64,000 nucleotides of DNA, from NCBI GenBank assembly GCA_015680685.1, contig MNCI01002748.1, positions 129,854 through 193,853 of the forward strand. Direction: 5' to 3'. A program made the translations under genes and the position numbers. Below the pieces are notes generated by a model that saw only the letters and a program-made list of their open reading frames with translations, was not told the DNA's origin and searched no databases. Positions 39,116 through 53,300 of this stretch are shown here, one piece after another (position 1 is the stretch's first letter; every line of letters begins with the position of its first letter). The stretch is from Gnetum montanum. Lineage: Eukaryota; Plantae; Gnetophyta.

Positions 39116-42100
39116 ATATTAGAGGAGGTAGATAACTAGAGCAAGTTCATTCTAATTTTCTGTAACCTTTCAAAACATAGAAAATTTAAATATTATGTGA
39201 GATACTTCAATTATTGGAAAACAAAAAAAAATAGCTATTTTCTATTAAAGTTGAAAGAAGATTCTAAATACTATGGAACCACAGTTCCATAGAAGTAGAA
39301 CACACTCACTCACGCAACAATGATGCAATGAATGAAGCTCTATAATCATACACATGATTTACCTTAATGTAAAACATAATTGATCTAGATATTTTTCTCA
39401 CATGGGACTAAGATCCAAACACCAAGAGCAATTGCTAATACCACTACAGATGGTTGATCATGCTGATGCCATAACTCTCAGGTAGTCTCTCTTTTTCAAC
39501 TCTTATGCCAAAGCATGTAATACAAATCTAATTTTTATTAAATATAAAGCTAGAAACTTAGAGAAATATTTACTATATTAAAATTAATATTTTTTTTACT
39601 ATTTTCAATCTTTGATCTACCACATCAAAACTTTCCATGGTGAAATGAAATGTTTACAAGCTTGCCAATACATCACTCTAATAACTTTGGCTTGTAGGAA
39701 AGACATATATACTTTTGATAAGACATCTTATTCAAAGAAAAGATGTCTTCTTTATGAATAAGACATCTCTAACAAGAGGTGTCTACTATTAGAAAGACAT
39801 TTTCTCTTTAAAACTAGCTTTTAGGAAGGACGTCTATACTATTGGGAGGACATCTTCTCTGACATCTCAACTCTTAGGCAAGATGTCTCCTAGGTTACCA
39901 AGATGTCTCCTATGACATCTTAGCTCTTAATCAATATGTCAAAAAATGTCGAAGACATCTTCCAAGCTATCTGAAACCTTCATTCTCTTACTATAGGGAT
40001 GAAAAGAGGTTTAGAAGAGATGTTCCTACACTAGCTCTTCCAACCTTCAAAAAAGTAAACTCATGTGAATAAGGATGAAGGGGTAGTAATGGTTCACCAC
40101 TCAACAAGTTTTATCTTATGAACTCATACAAGATCATCAATAGTTTGATCTTCTCAATGAATCAAGTACTCATGCCTTCTCACTTCACAATTATTGGAAG
40201 CTTTACTCTTCTTTAGTATAATTGTCTTTTTTTCATATAAAGGCTTGGACTTATCAATATTCCTCTTCAACCCATTGATTTTTCACTATAAGATTTCATA
40301 ATCTACTAGTCCATGATAATGCATAATATCTACTTGAATTTTGATAATGCTACTCAATTTGATGGAGCAAGGAATGTTTGGAGTGTAACTAGACTAGATA
40401 GAATACATGACTTGATTCCTATGATAGCTAAACTAGTAAGGAAGAAATGCTTACTTAATGTTTCCATAATTCTTCTTTGGAGGAGGAAATATATTAAGAA
40501 ACATGATAAGGATAATTATCATTTTATAATTGTATAAGTTATTTCTTTGAACCATTTTGTTGTATAAGAAGATCTTCTAACAATTGTAATAAGCTTGAAG
40601 GAGAAATTTTCCAAGATATTTAAGGAGAAATTGGATGGACTACCACTAATGTGAAACATTCAACATCAAATTAACTTCATCACTGGTAATATCATTTAAG
40701 ATGAGAGAGCATACAAGATGACACTAGATCAAAAATTTGAATTGCAAAGAAAGGTAGAGGATTTTCTTGTGAATGAATTCATGAGGGAGTTAATTTCTCC
40801 TTGTATAGTTCCATTAGTGCTTATGCCAAAGAGGACTAGTGAAGAATGGAGAATCTACATTGATTCTAGGATTATGAACATGATAATAGTAAGGTATAGG
40901 TTTCCTATTCCAAGCATGTATGATATTTGATAAAGTTAATTTTTTGTTAGTAATGATATTGCATCAATGATATTGCAATAATGATTTTGTAATTACAATA
41001 TATGTCATTGTTAATACGATAGCTTAGGATGTGTGCATCCCTATAAATACAACACTTGGGTGCGTAATCCACATAAGTGTAATTCCAAATAGTAACTAGA
41101 CTCTTGCAGTTTTATTTCTTGAAGTTAGAGTTAGTGATTAGAAGTGTGAATGCCCGTAGTGTGGTGTGACTTAGTGAATGGAATCTTTGTCTGAATAGTT
41201 TGTACTTGGACACAAGTGTGACAAAAAATAAAGATCTAGTTATTTTTCACCATTCCAACATTCTCCCACTTTACTATTTTCACTTAGCATAATGTTTATT
41301 GTATTCTTGGTTAATGTTTTACTTTTTCATGTACTTTACTGTTATTGTTATTAGTGAGTAGAATGAGTATGAATGATCTTGAGCACTTAAGTATAATTGC
41401 TAGGTAAACCCAGTAGTGTTATTGCTTGGTATGCCCAATAGCATAACACTTGGTATCCTAGTAGTGGTTACACAAAGCCCAAGGTGTGTATAGAATATTA
41501 GGGATAGATACTCATTTTCATAGGCTAGGATAGATTCATTTGCTTATTTCATTTAGATTTAGAAATCATTTTCATTTTCACCCTGACTACTAGAAGTAAT
41601 GATGACTAAACAACATCAGATATCATATACCTCATGGTGAGCTAAACCATACATATAGACTTCACTAGCTTCTTGTGGGAAGACAACGGGCATGGACTTA
41701 AATCAATTGCTAGCATATTAACATTACCTCATTCATGGATTATGATCAGGTCATGCATGGACACTTGTGAATTGTATGGTTGATTGTTGGATTGCTCCAC
41801 TGCTTATCATTGGCACCGTTATTGGGGATGTGTCAATGTATGCTGAGTAATTGATTTTATGAAGTTCATTATATTAGGAATCTAAAGTTGAAATTTATAA
41901 TCTTTTAATAATTCTAAATAATTAGCACACTTAACTAAACATTTGAAAATCATAACATGACTTCAATCAAAGACAAACACCGCTTGCAAAAGAATCAAAA
42001 GGAGGCAATGAGAGAGTAAGTAATGAAGGAGATTAGAGTATGCCAATTCAAGCAAGGATTTCATATGCTCATCATGACCCTTATTATCTTGACTTTACCT

Positions 42101-45100
42101 TCATATTTCACCAAAACTAGCAAATAAGGTGAAGAAATATTTAAGGTAATATTATTCTACCTCCATAGTGTTCGACACCCATCATGCTTCAAATTTCTTT
42201 GAAGGAAATAAATCTGAGTGATGTTCTTGAAGGATATCATGTGACTGAACACATGACAAGGCCCTATGAGCCCACTGACGAGCAATTAAGGAGAGATATT
42301 CTCATGAAAACCAAACATGAGAAAAAAAAGGGAAAGAAAATCAACTTTCCTATTGTCTTAGAAGAGCTTGATGGTAATGCATTCATTGCTGAACAGATCC
42401 ACTAGAATCATGAAGTACATTTACAAACACCTATCATCTGATTAGAGAAACCTATTAAAGTTTAATTACATTCTACCTTAGCAGAGATCCCTAGAAGGGA
42501 GCCAATAGACTCAAAGTATAAGTAGAACTCAAGGCCAAGAGTTTCTACTAGATCCCACAAAGAAAAATACTAGATTCACAGAAGGAGGACAAGCCAACAT
42601 TGTTCTCCTATTTCCTCATCTTCATCCTCACCATCATCAGTGAACACTGATAGAAGGAGATAGAGGTACCAAGACCATGACAAGGAGAAAAGAAGGACTC
42701 ATGATCATCATGACCATTGCTTGAGGCACTCTAATGAAGAAGATAAAGACTATGAATGAAGAAGATGCAGGTATAAGAGAGACAATAAAGAAAGGCATGA
42801 GCATTGAAGGGGGTGCCACTACAACAAAGCTCACGAACCCAATTACGATGATGAAACCCTATTGGCTACTTGAAGTATGATTAGCATCAAGGAAGTTATT
42901 TATATTTGAACCATGCATATAAGGGATAGCCATATCAAATGACTAGATATGAATAACATGTCTAAATTTGAGGGTGGTTATAATGCTAATCCTCAAAACC
43001 ACTTTCAAGCATTCCATAATGCCTGCACCCTACAAAATATTGAAACTGATTGGCAAAAACTAAATATTGAAGCTTAGAGTTTGTACATATCACTTGAACT
43101 AGAATCAATCAAAAGATGGAGTACCATGCTGGAGCCTTCAATGACAAATATCAAACTTATTCTTAGGTGTTCAATCTAGGGAAATAGATCCAAGGATGGA
43201 AGCAAGGGATCCATGAATTCCTTGATGTAGCAATGGATAGGTATTAATCACTATTGCATAGATGTCCAAGCCATGGATTCTCTTAATAGGAATGACTAAG
43301 GCATATCATTGATGGGATATGGAGCAAGACTAGAAAGATCCTTGAAATTTATGCCCAAGGCTAGTTATCTAAAATGTCTATCCATCAAAGATAGAGATTG
43401 ATTGACCAAGGAGCAAAGGAAGAAGGCAAGTTAAGGAAAAGAGAATTAGTATAAGAATATAATAGAGATCCATCTATTAGAAAAAGGGATTTAAGAGTTT
43501 GTGACACATAACAAGAGGAGACCTTAGATCAAGTAGCTTAGAAGAAAAATCTACCTATCCAAAAATTTGTTACTAATATAGTAGGAAAGGTAAAGAAGAT
43601 GTGGGACTTAGTTGATGAGAAATTTGCAACAACCTTGAATATTGTAAAGGAGCGAATAAAGCAAGCCTTTGATAAAGTCAAGGATAAGAAGAAGAAGAGA
43701 GACTTTAAATGAAAGGGAAAAGTGGCTTCAGTGGTTGAGTATTTAGACATAAGCTTTGAAGATGAGAAAGGATGTGTCATATGCCAATATGAACATCCCA
43801 AAGAATGTTGTCTAGTAATGGCACACTAACAAGGAATGAAGGCATATGTACTGAGCCCTAGATTTGTCAAGAAATAGATGCCTAAAAGCTTACCTTATCC
43901 TCAAGGTAACTATAGGAAAATCTTCCAACCCATGTACTATCCAAGTGGAGCCCACCTATAGCCACTATTAGTAGTGGCAACAACCCCAATCATGGACCAT
44001 GCTACCACCACATCAAAAATACCCATATCGATAGCCAAATCCTTATGGATACTATGTCCAACATCCAATCTCTCCAAGTAATGTGGTTGTTCAAGCCCCA
44101 CAATAATTACCCAATTGAATACCATAGACTGACACCACCAAGTATAGACACGTACTCATACATGCATTCATAAGAAGCTAGTTCCTCAAATCAACATCCC
44201 AATACATTGCTACTAGTTCCACCTCTTGTAATGTAGGGGGAATTGCCATCTTAATCGCAACACAAAAGTGCAACGAGGGTAGTGAATATACAAATAGAGG
44301 ATCATACCAGTAACACTAAGGAAAAATCTAAGAAATTTCCTTTCTTTAGAACAAGTCTAGAAATAATTGGTAGACTTAGGACTTCATTGAAACAAGTTTC
44401 TCCTATCACAGATCCTCTAACAACCACTATGCTTCCCCAACTATCAATTCAGGAACTTAGAACTATCATGTTGATGGAGACAGTATTAGACTAGATAAAG
44501 GTAGGAACTCTTTCTAAGGAGGACAAGCATGGAGCCATAAAAGCAAAAAATTCCATGCATTACCAATGATATAGAAGGGTGCGGTTGTGGGCTGACACTT
44601 TAGAATGACAACAAGATCCATCCACTAACCCATAATAGATATGGAAAACAAGTGTATGGGCAAAATGAAGCATGGGCCACTAATCCAAAGGATACCTAGT
44701 GGCCAATAACTAAGAATGTTAAAGTATCCACAATATGCATGGAATAATCTAAACCACTTTTTAATTTCCATTCTAAGAAAATAACCCCAATTGAGAACTT
44801 ACAAATCATCACATTAAACCATATTCATACACCAATAGAAAGAGGAATAAAAACTTAGATGATCAAAATTCAATTACCATCAAGATTACATGCGATGATA
44901 ACTAAAAAGCTAAGTCACTAAGGATGGTAAGTGAGAAACCTCAAGTGCATGATCTAGGGGAACTAGGGTCTATTTTTCGAACACTCATCCATGAGCTTAG
45001 TCATGGGGGAGATGTCTTATCATGACTTAGGAATTAATAATTGCTTTTTAACTTTTTGTTTTCTAATTTTTGTGATTTATAATTCTTGTTATACCTTTTT

Positions 45101-46918
45101 CTTTTTTTAATAAATTTTCACATTCCTTAATATATTATCATTATTATATACTTTTCAATTTCTTAATTGTTTAACATTTTTTCATTCTTTACTAATTTTT
45201 CATTTTTTTCATCTTTTCATTTTTTTTTTACAATTTTTCATAACTTTCTTCTAGCTTACTTGTACATATTTTTGTTAAATCATTAATAAAGCACCTAGAA
45301 TAAGGAAAGATGTAGTCTCAAATAAGGTGAAGACTTCTTTATGTTATTGAGTCATAAGGGCTTGATTATTGTATAGTGAAGCCACAACATCCATTCATCC
45401 ATTCCAATAATAAGAGGTTCTTACCATGACCATAATGATATTTTTTCTCATCATAAAACTAAGAATTAACCTATGATTATTATGCCTAGATAAAAAAGTG
45501 AAGAACTAAGTTGGAATGTGAAGGGTGTGACATTAAGGAATTTGTAAAATCTCTTGGGTCACTACTGTATGTTCTATCATATTGATAAGGTTGTAATCAT
45601 ATCCTTGTAGATCTAACAAAAAATGAAAGTAAGAGTACAAGAAGTGCTTCCTTGCCATGTCATTGGAAAGACATGTTACCCATGCCTAAAGATAGTCCTC
45701 TGGTAAGATTGACATAAATAAAAATAAAATACATGTACAGAATAAATTTTTAGGGGCTCCACTAGAAAGACATGTTACCCATGCCTGAAGGTAGGTGGCT
45801 TCTTAGAAATTTCAAAGAAATAAAAAGTGCAATGAATAAACTCCTCCCTTGAACAAAATGCCAAGTGATGATACTCCTTGTAATAGTGGATATGTCAATC
45901 TAAGAGGTGAAACAATGCGATGTTACTAGATAGTGGTTTGGACTTGGTTTGGAGCTTAGAATGAAAGGCTAATGATTACTTTAACCACCAATAACACACA
46001 AGAATTCATTATGCCTATGGTAAGACACCTCACATCCTTATTTTAGCAATCCTTTCTATAATCCATCTCACCTCATTGTAGAATTAATCATAAGTTATAA
46101 TTTTGTATAATAGAGCATAAATTTTCCAACCTGGTACTACTAACATGTGTGTTTTGCTAGATAGGTATGCATTACATTCAACTCCTTGAATGTCTACAGA
46201 CACTAAGGGCTGGAGCCTACTTTGGGGAGGATCCACTTGTATAAGTGTTTTATTTCATACCTCTTGAGTAATACCACATCATCTTAAGCCTTCCAAGAAT
46301 AATAAATGTCAATAAATACTTCCCTTAACATCCAATAACTCCATTTATACACTAAGAAATCATTCGCTTCTCATCCATTTGATACATACCTAATAACCTT
46401 TTATAGCCCAAGAATCCTTCATCATGGACTTTCAATGAATGTATTTCACAACAAGAGCATCATAACCACTCCAAGACCCTCTACACATGCTTCATATCTT
46501 CTAAACAATTGATTTGACTCACTTTTTTCCCAAAAATTCCAAGAAAAATTTGAAATTTTCAAAGCTGATATTGTAGCTACGATATCAGATGGCCTATGAT
46601 ATTATATGTACAATATATGATATATGATATCACACATATAAATTTAGTATATATACATGTGGGAGTTTGCCATTTTTTAACATTCTTCTTCTTGCACAAT
46701 ATGAGTTGTTGCCATTTTTTCTTCTAGGGCTCTAACACGCTAACTTCCTGAGTTCATATCTTCATTCTCATAGCTCTGATTTCCAAAATTCTTGAACCTT
46801 GTTGATCTTAGAGCTCTCAACTTAGTCATATGAAGAGGGGAGGGGGTGTGGAAGGGTACTTAATGTGCTATAGTTGAAAATTTAGTTAGAATTTTCTAAT
46901 GACTAGAACGTATCATAA

Positions 46919-47158
46919 GGGTAGGTACAAAAGGAAAAACACAAATTTTAAAAGTTAATCAATTACACTAAAGATAAAAAGATTTCAATATGACTCCTAG
47001 GGTAGGTACAAAAGGAAAAATAATTTTAAAAGTTAATCAATCATAATAAATACAAAAAAACTTCAATAAGACTTCTAAGGTAGGTAAAAAAGGGAAAACA
47101 AAAATTTTAAAAGTTAATCAATCACACTAAAGACAAAAAGATTTCAATAAGACTCCTA
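46919..47158. repeat. Three tandem copies of an approximately 80-bp unit upstream of the extra ORF
   Basis: GGGTAGGTA(C)AAAAGGAAAA..TTTTAAAAGTTAATCAAT..TTCAATA(T/A)GACT(C/T)CTA repeated three times. Confidence 0.9.
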
Positions 47159-47381
47159 ATGTATCATACCAACTATTTTAGGCCATAAATAAGAGCAAAA
47201 CTAATAACTATGAAGGGTTGTAAGGGACATAACACTTAAGGGGGTTCCTTTTTAAATTTTGTCTAGCTATGAAAACATGGTAAGGTAAGAACTTGATCTA
47301 GCTAAGGGTACAAGTAAGAAAAAGAGTTATTAAGAATTGGTATAAACATTTTAATAATTTCTAAAACCTTGATGATTGCAG

Positions 47382-50300
47382 ATGGCCCCAAAGAGAGAAG
47401 CAAAAGGAGGACCTTCATAGCCAGCAATCAAGAGACTGAGAGGTCATGGAAGGTGTTGAATGGGGGAACAAACTTGGAAAGCATGTAAAGTAGGAGGCTC
47501 ACACTTTAGCATTAACTAACAAATTCCTATGATGAAGCATCAATTGGCTAAAATATCATAGATGATATTTCATAGATGCTACATCACATTTGTGTTGTAG
47601 AATCCCTATTGGTGCTTCTCAATTGGTTGCTACATCATAGATGTGATATCGCAGCTATGTTAATGGGTACTCATCGATGTAGCCTCATCAACGTGTTCCC
47701 ATCGATGCATGTGTTGACACGTTGATGCATATGTGGCAATGTGGTGTTTTTTTTAATCTATAAATAGGTGTGCACATACTATGTATTTGGCATTCTTTTG
47801 TCAATAAAGTAGCCCAAGCCTTGTAAATTTATTCCATGGTCTTAGAGAATAGTCAGTGAGTGCCCATAGTGTGAATTTGAGTTAATTGTATGACATCTTA
47901 TTCAAGTGGCATTGTACCTAGACACATTCCATGAATGACAATAAAATCGAGATTGATTCTTATTCATTGCAGCACTTTTACTAAGATTATATTTAATTTT
48001 CATGCAATTTTTCTTTACATGTACTTAGTTAATATTTATGTTTCATGTACTTAGTTAATATTTACATTTCCATGCATGTTAATCAATTGGCAGAAAGAGC
48101 ATGACTAGTTTCGAGCGTAAACACATATTTTCTTGGTAATCCCAACAATATGATTTCTTGGTTCATCCAATAGCATAGTGCTTGGTAATCTTAGTAGTGC
48201 ATACGTGGGTTCATATCGTGTACAGTAAGTTGGAAACATATGCTCATTTCTCGTAGGCTAGTTTAGACTTTACTTTCTATTGTTCATAAGATTAAATAAT
48301 TAATTTCTCTATTATCATTAAAAGTAGAATAAAGTCAAAACAACATCAAAAAATCATATGCCTCACTTTGGACTAAACCATATGTGACAAAGCTACCACT
48401 AGTCTACGTGGAAAGACAACAAACTATGATCAATGCTTAACAATCTAGATGCACAAGTAGTTTCATCCACGAAATTCAACTAGATCATGCATGAACACTT
48501 GTAATTCATATGGTTGGGCATAGGGGGTAGCCACCACTCATCATTTGTGTCGTTGTCAGGGATTGTGCTAGTTATCTAGATTAGTTGTATCATACACAAT
48601 CACTGTAAAAGTGTTAATGATTTATCTTTTAGAAAATATTAATATTTTAAAGTCACACATGTTAAAACCAAGTCTTCTTCACATACAACAAAGTATGATG
48701 AGAGCACTAATAGGAGAAATGATAGGTTCTATACTGAAGAGAATTGAAGTGGACAACCTTAGGTAAGGGTTTCATGTGTTCATTTTCATCCTTACTACAC
48801 ACAAGGACTACATTCAACTAGTACAAAAAATCCTAGAGGAGATGGAGAAATTCCTAGAACAAGGAGGGCCTCAAGGCCTAGAACCTCTTCTAAACCTTGA
48901 AAAGATAGATCAAGGAACAATGGAGGATGATATAAGAGCCATGAAAATTCTCCCAGTTCCTCATCTTCCTCTTCCTCTTCCTCTTCCTCTTCAATGTCTA
49001 GTTCTAATAGAAGATGAAAATAGGTATAGAGATAGAGCTTCTTTAGGGGGTTAAGATAAAGATAAAAATTAAACCCATGGAATCACAATCAAATGAAGAA
49101 ATATAGATTATCACCATGGAATGTCTGATACAGATGAATCCTTATTGAATACTAGGCACTTGACATAGATTTGGAAGGCACTTCAAATACCCCAAAGGCA
49201 TCAAAGGGATAGCTGCATCAAATGACTTGATATGGACAACATTCCTAAATTTAGGGTAGGACATAATTTTGATTCACAACATCACTTACAAGCCTTCCAT
49301 GATGTCTATGTCTTACAAAAAATTGAACACAAGTGGCAAAAGCTTAAGTTCTTCCCTAGGACAGTAATAGACAAAGTTGAAAGTTGGTATAGATCATTAA
49401 AACTGGATTCAATCCATCGATGGCTCATAAATGAAAAATACCAAACCTATGTGAGAGTGTCCAACCTAAGAAAAAAAATCCAAATATGGAAGCAAGAAAA
49501 ACATGAATCCTTGGATGTGGCCTTAGATAGATACTATTCTTGACTACATAGATGTCTAGGCCATTATTTCTCTTAAAAAGAGAAACTTTTGCACATCATA
49601 GATGGGCTTCATAATGAAATGAGAGAGACCCTTGGGGTTTATACCTAAGGTTAAATATACAAACTAAAAGTCCATCAGATACAAAGGCTAATTGAGTAGG
49701 TGGCAAAAGAAGAAGGAGAGTTATGTAAACATGAGAATGCAAAGGAGTATAACCAAGATCTAACTCTTCAAAAGAAGAGGCCCCATATCTATGATGAAGA
49801 AAAATAGGCAACTCTCAATGAGGTGATTTCAAAACAATCCTTGCCAATATAAGAGTCTATTGACAAACTTGAAGCAAGGATAGATAAGATATGGGAGTTG
49901 ATAATGAAAAAGTTGAAACCTACGTGAAAAATGTAGAGGAGATGGTAATACAACAAGAATCAAGTAATCAAAATAAGAAGAGGAAAAAGAACTAAGAAAC
50001 AAGTAGGAAAACTTATAAAATGAAAGGAAAAATGGTTGTAGGAGAAGAGGCTATAGACTCAATCATAGAAGAAGATGATGGATGTGACATCTACCTATAT
50101 GACCAATTTTAGGCATAAACATGTATTCACTTGGTAATCCCAACAACGTTATTACTTGGTTCAACCCGTAGCATAGCACTTGGTAATCCTAGTAGTGGAT
50201 ACGTGGGTTTAGGATGTGTACAGAAAGCTAGGAATGGACACTCATCACTCGTAGGCTAGTTTAGAATTTACTTTCCATTGTTAATTAGATTAAATAACTA

Positions 50301-53300
50301 ATTTCTCTATTATAAATAGGAGTAAAATAAAGATGAAACAACATCAACAATCATATGCCTCACTTTGGACTAAACTATACGTGACAAAGCTACCACTAGT
50401 CCAAGTAGAAAGATAATGAATTACAATCAATGATTAATTATCTAGATGCACAACTAGTTCCATCCAAGGAATTTGATTGGATCATGCATGAAGAGTTGTG
50501 ATTCGTGTGGTTGGATGTAGGGGGTAGCTTCCACTCATCACTGGTGCCTAGGAATGTATCAACACTACTTCTTCAACCAATAAAAAGGAAGTTATGTATT
50601 TGCATGATGTGGTTTCCATTGATTCCAAAAAATAAAAAATAAAAATAACAATGAGAATTCAAAGCACATCCCTAAGACATAATAATGGGTTACAAGGACT
50701 AGTTATGGGGCTGGAAAGACATGTTACCTATGCCTGAAGGTACCCATCTAACTAAGGTCCTTTCTTAGTTCTTTTTTCTTTTTTTTTCTAGAGTGATGAA
50801 AATTATTTGTGGTTGTTGTGAACTCATGATGGTAGATGAGAAGGAACATATCAATGTGAGGTAACTGTTCATGGCATGGACTTGGTTTGAAACTTGGACA
50901 GATTAGTGTGATGCTCATTTTAATCATATTTGACATAAGATCCTATTACAAAAATGGTAAAGAACATTACATCCCAATCGCTACAATTCCTTCTCATCCC
51001 ATTTATTCACCTCATTGCTACATATGATTATGAGCCTTTTGGTTTTGTATAGTATACTACAAAATCCCAACTAAGGTAGTTGTGTGTTGTTTGGAACAAA
51101 GACATGATCTACATTTAACTTCTAAGGTACCCACATACATCTATAGAAGTGGTTATGCAAGGGCATTATAATAGGAGCTTGCTTTGGGGAGGATCCACTT
51201 GCATAACTCTTGTTGATCATGGCTTTGAACTAAACCTCACATTTTCCAAAACATAATTGATGGTTTCTTTGAATTTATGCATAATTTTGGGACTACTTTT
51301 TATCCCTTTCAATTAATTTTTTCATACTTTTCTATCAAAATATCCTTCAAATTCCAAAAAAGTTCTTTGCTATCTTCTACATTGGACCTTTGGTCTTACT
51401 TGTTCAAAAACTTATGCACTTACAAAGTCATGCTCATTAATAGTGGAGGCTATGGATGAACTTTTTGAAATTTTTGAAAATTTCTCTAACATCCTATTTT
51501 TGAACATTGTGGTAACTAATAGTAATTGATCAAAATGATGTGAGAAACTTGATGATTTTAGTTACCTCATCACCTTCAATGGAGTACATTGTCATCACCT
51601 TATGCTTAAATGTAAACTAAGGAATCCAAAAAAGGTTAATTATTAAGGAAAATTTACCAAAACTAATGTTGATCCTTTTGTGATTGCAGGTGATGCTAAA
51701 AGGAATGCCTAAGGAGAAAGGTCTTCTTCCAAGCACCAAAACAAAGCCAAGAGGGGGACAATGGAGGATATGCCATGGACAGATAATAGAACCTAGAGCA
51801 TAATGACCCAAAAATCACATGATTGCTAGATCCATGGGACAATGAGAAAAAATTTCAATTCATCCTTTAAGAATTCTCTACAAGCATCAACATAACATTC
51901 AAGGTTGAAAGTCTGCCATTGCTAGCAACAACAAGGAGAATCATCTTCAGTAGATTTTTGAAGACCTCTGCAAATTTTGTAATCTTCAATGTCTATCCAA
52001 TATTCTTGTCATTTTTTCATTTTTTAGTGCATTAAATTGAATAAAATTTAATAATGCGACACTCAAAGTCAATTAGTAGTTAGTGTTAGTCAACAATCCC
52101 ATACTTTCCTATTTTTTTGTAAAGAAAGCTCAATCCTATCCTATTAGCTTGAGGATGAGTTTTTAGTCAATTGTGGGGTTATGATGAAGCATTAGTTAGT
52201 TGAGATATCATAGATGCTATGTCATAGAAGCTACATCACATCCACATTGTAGCATCCCTATTAGTGCATTTCAATTGGATGCTACATCGTAGATGTGATA
52301 TCACATCTGCAATGTCGTAGATATGATATTGTACCTATGTTGATACATGGGTTCAAGACATGTATGGCAAGCTCATCACCCATAGGCTAGTTTATACTTT
52401 ACTTTTCATTATTGAGTAGATTAAATAGTTAATTTCTCTATTATCATTAGGAGTACCATAAAGTCAAAACAACATCAACAATCATATGCCTCACTTTGGA
52501 CTAAACCATATGTGACAAATCTACCACTAGTCAAAGTGGAGAAATAATGAATTGCTATCAATGTTTAATGATCTAGATGCACAACTAGTCCCATCCATGG
52601 AATTTGATTGGATTATGTGTGAATACTTGTGATTTTTATGGTTTGGCATAAAAGGGTAGTCATCACTCATCACTTTGCCATAGAGCAATCTACCCATGAA
52701 GAGGAAAAAGTTCCACAAGTGCCAGAATAAGGACAACAATTCACACTATCACCTAAATGCCTATAGGTTATTCAAGAGAAATCCATCATCATGTTCATCA
52801 TGATTATGAAACTTAACTTTGGTTCATTCATGGAGTTTTCCCTAAATGCTGTCAAGACCCAACTCCCATCATCTTCCTTGTGGCCCACCATGACAACAAG
52901 TGGATATTAGTACTTAGGAGAGACACTTCAATTTTGAAAGAATAAACAAATAGATGCTACAGTGAATATTGAGGGAGTCTCAATGTCTTATTCAGTTAAG
53001 ATGATTACTAAAGTCCTTAATGTGTCCAATGAAGAGGTAAAGGTGGCACAGCTCTCCACTAGATCTAACACAAATGCAAGAAATCTATGGTTGTAGTGGA
53101 CATATGGAAAAGAGAATAAATATTATAGTGAGTTGACTACATAAGAGAAAATTTATTTTAAAATTGGCATATATCACCTATTTCCCACAAATATATTGAA
53201 TAGAATATAAACTTATGTGGCTAGAGGAAGCACCATTCTGATGGAAAAATTTAATGCAAACATCACCCATCTCTATTTTCTCAAGATCCAGTGATGGTTT

